Shown in pieces: positions 57,931-64,000 of a stretch of DNA of 64,000 bases. Position 1 is the first letter of the stretch; each line of letters starts with the position of its first letter. Source of the stretch: an uncultured Chloroflexia bacterium (GTDB taxonomy: Bacteria > Chloroflexota > Limnocylindria > Limnocylindrales > CSP1-4); the NCBI GenBank assembly GCA_963721545.1, contig CAVRKB010000005.1:1432-65431 (forward strand), in the 5' to 3' direction. The notes under the pieces are model-generated. The model was given only the letters and a program-made list of their open reading frames with translations, ran no database searches and was not told the DNA's origin. A program made the translations under genes and the position numbers.

Positions 57931-59685
57931 ATGACGATAGATACCGCCCCGCGCGCGGTCCGTGGACCCAACGTCGAGCCGACCCGGTACTTTCGTCACG
58001 GTCACAGCCAGCCGTTCGTGCCGTACACCAGTCTGGTCACTTGTCCCCTACCAGGCTGGCCCTTGTCCGATCCGATTGACCGCGACGCGAGCCCACTTGC
58101 CGTTCCCGACCCGGAGTCGATCCGGCGCCGGGTCCTGGTCGTGCTGGGCGTTGCCTTCGCGCTCCTGATGGGGGTCGCGGCCGTCGAGGGCTTCTGGCCG
58201 GGTGCCGGACCGGGACAGGCCGGCGCCATCGCCTTCCTGCTGGCCGCCATGGTCATCGTCCCGCTCGTCCTCGCCTGGCTGGCTCGGCCACTCCTGCGCG
58301 AGATCGCGCAGCTGGCGGCGGAGAACGCGCGACTGCGTCAGCTGTACGGGCAGGCGCGCGAGGATTCGCTGCTCGACGGCTTGACCGGCCTCGGAAACCA
58401 TCGATCGTTCCAGGAGGAGCTCGCCCGACAGCTCGACGTGGCCGTCCGGGGCGGCTCGCCGCTGTCGCTCCTGCTGATCGACGTCGACGACCTCAAGCGC
58501 GTCAACGACGAGCGAGGCCACACCAGCGGCGACGAGCTGCTGAAGTCGGTCGGCCGGACCGTGACCGCGTCGCTCCGGCGCAACGACCGCGCGTTCCGGG
58601 TCGGTGGCGACGAGTTCGCGATCATCCTGCCCGGCGCCGACGTCGACACCGGCCTGACCGTCGCCCGCCGCATCCTGGCCGGCGGCCTGAGCGGCGGCGA
58701 TCCGACGCGGCCGACCGAGCCGTTCTCGCTGTCGATCGGCGTCTCCGCCTTCCCGTCGCCGAGCGTCAAGGGCAGCCTGCTGTACCGCCACGCCGACGCG
58801 GCCCTGTACTGGTGCAAGCGCCACGGCCGGACCAACGCCGCCGCCTACGACCCGGGCCGCCACGGCCTGTCGCCCGACGACCGCTCGGTCGAGGACCTGA
58901 GCACGGCGATCGGCACGATCCTCGCCGGACGGCTGCTGCGCCCGGTCTACCAGCCGATCTTCTCGCTGGCGACCGGCCGGCCGATCGGCTACGAGAGCCT
59001 GATCCGGCTGGCCGAGGGCGCGCCGTTCTCGGACGCCAGCACGCTGTTCGCCGCCGCGGAGCGCGCCGACCGAACGGTGGAGCTCGACATGGCCTGCCTG
59101 CAGGTCGTCGCCGATGGCGCCGGCGCGCTCGACGCGGACACGTACCTGAGCGTCAACCTGTCGCCGCGCACGCTCGAGTCCGAGCTGTTCCTGCCGAGCG
59201 AGCTGACGAGCATCTTCGAGCGCCGGGGCATCACCCCGGAGCAGCTCGTCGTCGAGCTGACCGAGCGCGAGGAAGTCCAGGACCTCGAGGGCCTGCGGCG
59301 CAACGCCGCCGCCTGCCGTCGGGTCGGGATCCGGCTGGCGGCCGACGACGTCGGTGCCGGCAACGCCGGCCTGCGGCTCCTCAGCGAGATCCAGTTCGAC
59401 ATCGTCAAGATCGACCTGTCGCTGGTCCAGGGCGGCGTGCTCCACGACCCCGAGTTCGCGATCCTGCGCGCGCTCCAGGAGCTGGCCGCACGGTGGCACG
59501 CGTCGGTCGTCGCCGAGGGCGTCGAGACGTCCGACCAGCTGGCCGCGATCCGGAGCATCGGCATCACCGCCGGGCAGGGCTACCTCCTCGGCCGCCCCAC
59601 CCGCGACCGCCGCGTCGACCCGATCGACATCGCCGGCCTCCTGCCCGAGACCTGGGACCTCGACGCCGCCGACCCCGCCGCCTGA
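57931..59685 (+). CDS. Membrane-anchored GGDEF-EAL protein (diguanylate cyclase / c-di-GMP phosphodiesterase)
   Basis: Two TM helices are followed by LDGLTGLGNHRSF.., the I-site RRND five residues before RVGGDEFAI, and an EAL domain. The EAL motifs are YQPIF..GYESLIRL, VVELTERE, AADDVGAG, KIDLSL, AEGVET and GQGYLLGRP. The start is uncertain (57931 to about 58065) because 57931 abuts the divergent gene. Confidence 0.85.
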   Translation: MTIDTAPRAVRGPNVEPTRYFRHGHSQPFVPYTSLVTCPLPGWPLSDPIDRDASPLAVPDPESIRRRVLVVLGVAFALLMGVAAVEGFWPGAGPGQAGAIAFLLAAMVIVPLVLAWLARPLLREIAQLAAENARLRQLYGQAREDSLLDGLTGLGNHRSFQEELARQLDVAVRGGSPLSLLLIDVDDLKRVNDERGHTSGDELLKSVGRTVTASLRRNDRAFRVGGDEFAIILPGADVDTGLTVARRILAGGLSGGDPTRPTEPFSLSIGVSAFPSPSVKGSLLYRHADAALYWCKRHGRTNAAAYDPGRHGLSPDDRSVEDLSTAIGTILAGRLLRPVYQPIFSLATGRPIGYESLIRLAEGAPFSDASTLFAAAERADRTVELDMACLQVVADGAGALDADTYLSVNLSPRTLESELFLPSELTSIFERRGITPEQLVVELTEREEVQDLEGLRRNAAACRRVGIRLAADDVGAGNAGLRLLSEIQFDIVKIDLSLVQGGVLHDPEFAILRALQELAARWHASVVAEGVETSDQLAAIRSIGITAGQGYLLGRPTRDRRVDPIDIAGLLPETWDLDAADPAA

Positions 59686-59776
59686 CGCCCGCGCCGGGCG
59701 CCGCGCCATTCCTCGAGTTGCGTTGACCGGGACGCTCACCAGCGGGTTACGACAACCTCGGCTAGCCTTCCGCACG

Positions 59777-60889
59777 ATGGCCTCCCAGCCGGCCCCGACG
59801 TCCCCCGAGATCCAGCTGCTCGACCTGGAGAAGCGCTTCCGTGAAGTCCGGGCGGTGGACGGCGTCTCGCTCGAGATCAAGGCCGGCGAGTTCTTCTCGC
59901 TCCTCGGGCCTTCGGGCTGCGGCAAGACCACGACGCTGCGCATGATCGGCGGCTTCGAGCTGCCGACCGGCGGGCGGGTGCTCCTGCGGGGTCGCGACGT
60001 GACCGACGACCCACCGGACAAGCGCCCGGTCAACATGGTGTTCCAGAACTACGCCCTGTTCCCCCACCTCGACGTCGGGTCGAACGTGGCGTTCGGGCTC
60101 AAACGCCGTCGCGTGGCCGCCCCAGAGATCACGCAGCGCGTCGGCGAGGCGCTCGAGCTCGTCCACCTGGCGGGCTACGAGCGGCGCAAGCCGAACCAGC
60201 TGTCGGGCGGCCAGCAGCAGCGCGTCGCGCTCGCCAGGGCGCTGGTCAACCGCCCGAACGTGCTGCTCCTCGACGAGCCCCTCGGTGCGCTCGACCTCAA
60301 GCTGCGGCGCCAGCTCCAGCTCGAGCTCAAGCGGATCCAGGCCGAGGTCGGGATCACCTTCGTGTACGTGACCCACGATCAGGAGGAGGCGCTCACGATG
60401 AGCGACCGGATCGCGGTGATGAACTCGGGCAAGGTCGAGCAGCTCGGCACGCCGGAGGAGCTCTACGATCGCCCGACCAGCCGCTTCGTGGCGGACTTCA
60501 TCGGCTCGACGAACCTCCTCAACGGCCAGGTTGAGGGCGACGGCCGCGTTCGCCTGTCGACCGGCGAGCTGGTCCCGGTCGCCCACGATGGGCTGCCGAG
60601 CGGGACCGACATCGAGATCAGCCTTCGACCCGAGGCCATCGCCATCGTGCCGGCGAGCGCGGACGGTGCCCTCCCGGCGGTCGTCGAACAGACCGCCTAC
60701 CTCGGATCCACCATCTCGTATCGACTTCGCACGGCTGGCGGACTCGGCCTGACCGTCCTAACACCAAAGGCCGGGCTTCGTTTCCCGGTTGGCAGCGATG
60801 TGGCCGTCGCCTGGTCGCCGTCCGAGGCACTCGTCCTCGGTCGCGGGCCAGTCGGCGAGGCCACGACATCGGAGGAGGCGACCCCATGA
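59777..60889 (+). CDS. potA: Spermidine/putrescine-type ABC transporter ATP-binding protein
   Basis: Walker A is GPSGCGKTT, the signature is LSGGQQQRVALARAL and Walker B is VLLLDEP. A C-terminal TOBE-like region follows. The stop overlaps the next start (ATGA at 60886-60889). Confidence 0.9.
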   Translation: MASQPAPTSPEIQLLDLEKRFREVRAVDGVSLEIKAGEFFSLLGPSGCGKTTTLRMIGGFELPTGGRVLLRGRDVTDDPPDKRPVNMVFQNYALFPHLDVGSNVAFGLKRRRVAAPEITQRVGEALELVHLAGYERRKPNQLSGGQQQRVALARALVNRPNVLLLDEPLGALDLKLRRQLQLELKRIQAEVGITFVYVTHDQEEALTMSDRIAVMNSGKVEQLGTPEELYDRPTSRFVADFIGSTNLLNGQVEGDGRVRLSTGELVPVAHDGLPSGTDIEISLRPEAIAIVPASADGALPAVVEQTAYLGSTISYRLRTAGGLGLTVLTPKAGLRFPVGSDVAVAWSPSEALVLGRGPVGEATTSEEATP

Positions 60890-62145
60890 CGGCGCGCTAC
60901 GACGGATCGTCCATCGACCTCGAGAAGCAGCTCGTCCGCTACATGGTCGAGCACAACCTGACCCGACGCGACCTGCTCGAGCTCATCGCCAAGGTGGGCG
61001 CGGCGGCGGCGCTCGCCCCGGTCATCGCCGCCTGCTCGTCGGCGGCCGGATCCGCGTCACCGACGACGGCCGCGAGCCGGTCGGCGGCGCCCGTCCCGAC
61101 AGCCGCCGCGTCGGCCTCCGCGGGTGCGGTGGTCGAGACCCCGGCCCCAACCCCGCCGCCCAAGCCGGAAGACACGCTCAACATCTACAACTGGACCGAG
61201 TACCTGAGCGACGACGCCATCCCGTCGTTCCAGGAGACGATCAAGGCGACGTACGGGACGGACATCAAGGTCAACATCGACTACTTCGGCAACATGGACG
61301 AGGCGTACGCCAAGCTCGGCACTGACGGCGGCGGCTTCGACCTGTCGTTCCCGATCTCGGTCGACATCCCCGCACTGCTCGCCAAGAAAGCGATCGTCGA
61401 GCTCGACAAGTCGCTGCTCCCCAACATCGGCAATCTCGGTACCGAGTGGTCCGACCCGGGGTACGACCCGGGCAACGCCCACTCCATCCCGTACATGTGG
61501 TGGACGACCGGCATCGCCTACGACAGGGAAAAGATCGACGAGAAGCTGACCAGCAGCAAGGTGCTCTGGGATCAGCGCTTCGCCAAGCACATCGGCATGC
61601 TCGACGACTGGCAGGAAGTCTTCGGGATGACCCTGATCCAGCTCGGGCTCAGCGCCAACACGACGAATCCGGCCGAGATGGACCTCGCCTACAACCGCCT
61701 GGTGGAGCAGCGGCCGCTGGTCCGGGTGTGGGACACGAACACCCGCCGGATGATGAGCAGCGGCGATGTCTGGGTCGGACAGATCTGGGGCGCCGACCTG
61801 TATCGCGTCCAGAAGGTCGTCAAGAAGGCCCGCTACTTCATCCCCGAGGAAGGCGGTGTCAAGGGTTCGGACACGATGGCCATCTTCTCCGGGGCGGAGC
61901 ACCCGGTGGCCGCCCACCTGTTCATCAACCACATGCTCGACGCCAAGGTGAGCGCGGAGAACACGAACTTCATCTATTACATGGGGCCCAACGCGGCGGC
62001 CAAGGAGTTCATCCTGCCCGAGATCCTGAACGACCCGACGGTCAACCCGGACCAGGCGATCGTCGCCAAGCTGCAGGAGCTGCTCGACCTCGGACCGGCC
62101 GTCCGCGACGAGTACCTGAAGCGCTGGCACCTGCTCGGCCGCTAG
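60886..62145 (+). CDS. potD: Polyamine-type ABC transporter substrate-binding lipoprotein (Tat signal + lipobox)
   Basis: The twin-arginine TRRDLLELI and the lipobox VIAAC are followed by ..LNIYNWTEYLSDDAIPSFQE.., which is typical of PotD/PotF-family binding proteins. Confidence 0.85.
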   Translation: MTARYDGSSIDLEKQLVRYMVEHNLTRRDLLELIAKVGAAAALAPVIAACSSAAGSASPTTAASRSAAPVPTAAASASAGAVVETPAPTPPPKPEDTLNIYNWTEYLSDDAIPSFQETIKATYGTDIKVNIDYFGNMDEAYAKLGTDGGGFDLSFPISVDIPALLAKKAIVELDKSLLPNIGNLGTEWSDPGYDPGNAHSIPYMWWTTGIAYDREKIDEKLTSSKVLWDQRFAKHIGMLDDWQEVFGMTLIQLGLSANTTNPAEMDLAYNRLVEQRPLVRVWDTNTRRMMSSGDVWVGQIWGADLYRVQKVVKKARYFIPEEGGVKGSDTMAIFSGAEHPVAAHLFINHMLDAKVSAENTNFIYYMGPNAAAKEFILPEILNDPTVNPDQAIVAKLQELLDLGPAVRDEYLKRWHLLGR

Positions 62146-62185
62146 GGGTCGCCAGGATCACGTCGTTCCCGCCGCGCATGCACCA

Positions 62186-63081
62186 GTGACAGCGGAGCCC
62201 TCGACGTCCGGTTCGACGCCGCCCCGCTCGCTCGTGCGGCGGGCGGCGGGGGGCATCGCGTTGGTGCCGGGCGTTGCCTGGCTGGCGCTGTTCTTCATCG
62301 TTCCGCTGGCGATGATGTTCGTGGTGAGCCTCGGGTCGCGCGGCGAAGCGCGACTCGCTGATCCTCGACCGGCCGTCCCTCGACAACTACGCCCGGGCGC
62401 TCGATCCGGCGTTCCTGCCGACCTTCTGGAACTCGATCCGGTATGCGGTGGCGACGACGCTGCTGTGCCTGGTGATCGGCTATCCGATCGCGTACTGGAT
62501 CAGCCGCTATGGCGGGCGCTACAAGACGCTCCTGCTGATCATCGTCATGCTCCCGTTCTGGACGAGCTACCTCATCCGGACCTATGCCTGGATGACGATC
62601 CTGAGCGACAACGGGGTGGTCAACTCCATCCTCCAGGCGACGGGCGTGACGAGCGAGCCGCTCGATCCTGCTCAACACCGACTTCTCGGTGATCCTCGGC
62701 ATGACCTACGGCTTCCTGCCGTTCGCCATCCTGCCGCTGTACGTGTCCATCGACCGGCTCGACCCGGCCCTCGTCCCGGCCGCGCGCGACCTGTACGCGA
62801 GCGGTCGCGCGGCATTCCGCCACGTGACCCTGCCGCTGACGATGCCCGGGATCATCGCCGCCTCGATCCTGACCTTCATCCCGGCGCTCGGCGACTTCGT
62901 CACCCCGGACCTGCTCGGCGGCTCGGAGTCGACGACGATCGCCAAGATCATCCAGGAGCTGTTCCTCCAGGGCCGCGACTGGCCGTACGGCGCCGCCCTC
63001 GGGTTCCTGGTCATGGTCGTCACCCTCGGCGGCACCCTGCTCGCGCTCGGGCCGCTTCGCCGCGAGGTGGCGGGCTCGTGA
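62186..63081 (+). pseudogene. potB: ABC transporter permease (PotB-like); about 2 frame changes
   Basis: ..VPGVAWLALFFIVPLAMMFVVSLGSR.. is in one frame. ..LCLVIGYPIAYWISRYGGRYKTLLLIIVMLPFWTSYLIRTYAWMTIL.. is in ORF 62448.. frame. ..ILGMTYGFLPFAILPLYVSIDRLDPALVPAARDLYASG.. is in ORF 62689..63081. Confidence 0.8.
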
Positions 63082-63100
63082 ACGCCGCGCGCCGGGCAGG

Positions 63101-63925
63101 TTGCCGGTGACCGGGCGGAGCCGCTGGCTGTCGGCGTACGCGGTGGTCGTCTACGTCTTCCTGTTCATCCCGATCGTCGTCCTGGTGATCTTCTCGTTCA
63201 ACACGTCGGAGTTCAACTTCGCGTGGGAGGGGTTCACGCTCGACTGGTATCCGGTCCTGTTCGCCAACGATCGGCTGGTCGACGCGGTCTCGGTGACGCT
63301 CCGCCTGGCCGCGGTGACCGTGATCGGATCGACGGTCATCGGGACGCTCTTTGGCCTCGCGCTCGCTCGCCTCACGTTCCGTGGTCGCGCGGCCACGGAG
63401 ACGCTCCTGCTGCTGCCGATGGTCACGCCGGAGATCGTCATGGGCCTCAGCCTGCTGATCTTCTTCTTCGCCCTGTTCGATGCCCGTGGCTCGTTCTCGC
63501 AGCTGGCCCTGGCACACATCACGTTCTGCATCAGCTACGTGGCGATCATCGTCCGCGCGCGGGCGGTGAACATGGATCCGAACCTCGAGGAGGCGGCCCG
63601 CGACCTCGGGGCGTCGGCGGTCGATGCGTTCCGCTTCGTGACCCTGCCGATCATCGCCCCGGCGATCTGGTCGGGCGCGCTGCTCGCCTTCGCCCTGTCG
63701 TTCGACGACTACGTGGTGACCACCTTCAATGCCGGGGTCGGGTCATCCACCCTGCCGATGTTCATCTACGGCCGGATCCGGTTCGGGATCACGCCGGAGA
63801 TCAACGCGATCTCGACGATCATCGTCGCGGTCACGGCGGTCGCCGTGCTCGTGGCATGGCGGGTGAGCTCGTCGCGCGACGACCAGCGGCCGCGACCAGA
63901 GGAGCCGGAGCCGCTCGGATCCTGA
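63101..63925 (+). CDS. potC: ABC transporter permease (PotC-like)
   Basis: Intact 274 aa. The EAA-type loop is ..NMDPNLEEAARDLGASAVDAFRFVTLPIIAPAI.. and six hydrophobic segments are present. Confidence 0.85.
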   Translation: MPVTGRSRWLSAYAVVVYVFLFIPIVVLVIFSFNTSEFNFAWEGFTLDWYPVLFANDRLVDAVSVTLRLAAVTVIGSTVIGTLFGLALARLTFRGRAATETLLLLPMVTPEIVMGLSLLIFFFALFDARGSFSQLALAHITFCISYVAIIVRARAVNMDPNLEEAARDLGASAVDAFRFVTLPIIAPAIWSGALLAFALSFDDYVVTTFNAGVGSSTLPMFIYGRIRFGITPEINAISTIIVAVTAVAVLVAWRVSSSRDDQRPRPEEPEPLGS

Positions 63926-64000
63926 CCGTCGGCGCCGGAACGAGCCGCGAGGGTCGTCAGCCCGCCGTCCGGCACCGGTCTCGCTGCCCGTACCCGTCGC

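Noticed and set aside
1-64000. Mobile genetic elements or a prophage (the holin-family hit at 36131-36535, the ligase, the STAND genes)
   Set aside because: - I saw no integrase, transposase, recombinase, terminal inverted repeats, att-like direct repeats or flanking tRNA.
- The 4-TM 'holin-family' protein sits between a GNAT gene and lysA with no other phage genes.
- Composition looks uniform by eye across the window.

Overview
High-GC (about 70% by eye) bacterial chromosomal segment with roughly 55 protein-coding loci. I saw no rRNA, tRNA, CRISPR array, transposase or integrase. The gene content suggests Actinomycetota or a related high-GC lineage, but this needs a database search. That content includes Ni-superoxide dismutase sodN/sodX, luciferase-like (probably F420-type) oxidoreductases, ArsR-SRPBCC pairs, a GlgA/GlgP/GH57/GH13 alpha-glucan cluster and leaderless-type promoters.

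Caveat: about half of the loci are frame-disrupted as given. Conserved protein sequence continues in another frame without intervening stops. I type these loci 'pseudogene' only in the sense 'reading frame interrupted in this sequence'. Assembly indels are at least as likely as real decay. The disruptions are unevenly distributed: very dense at 21.2-33.6 kb and absent from several long genes. All coordinates of frame changes and some gene ends are approximate and were tracked by hand.

The most interesting region is 8.2-17.9 kb:
- A small helix-rich protein has a C-terminal G/V/Q/N-rich motif that matches the N-terminus of the STAND/NLR-like ATPase encoded 12 nt downstream. This is the Bell/BASS-type amyloid-signalling architecture.
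- That ATPase unusually continues through a transmembrane helix into a ~300-aa extracytoplasmic domain and carries a Walker A Lys-to-Arg change.
- A divergently transcribed, uncharacterised protein carries a Pol-beta-type nucleotidyltransferase signature.
- A second, 1137-aa STAND ATPase is flanked by two exported proteins that share a TDPLVGPA module. One of these proteins consists of four tandem 23-aa repeats.

The rest is ordinary metabolism, transport and regulation: potADBC, MarR-MFS, xthA, lysA, a DEAD-box helicase, a GGDEF-EAL protein, LOG, Rieske and GNATs.
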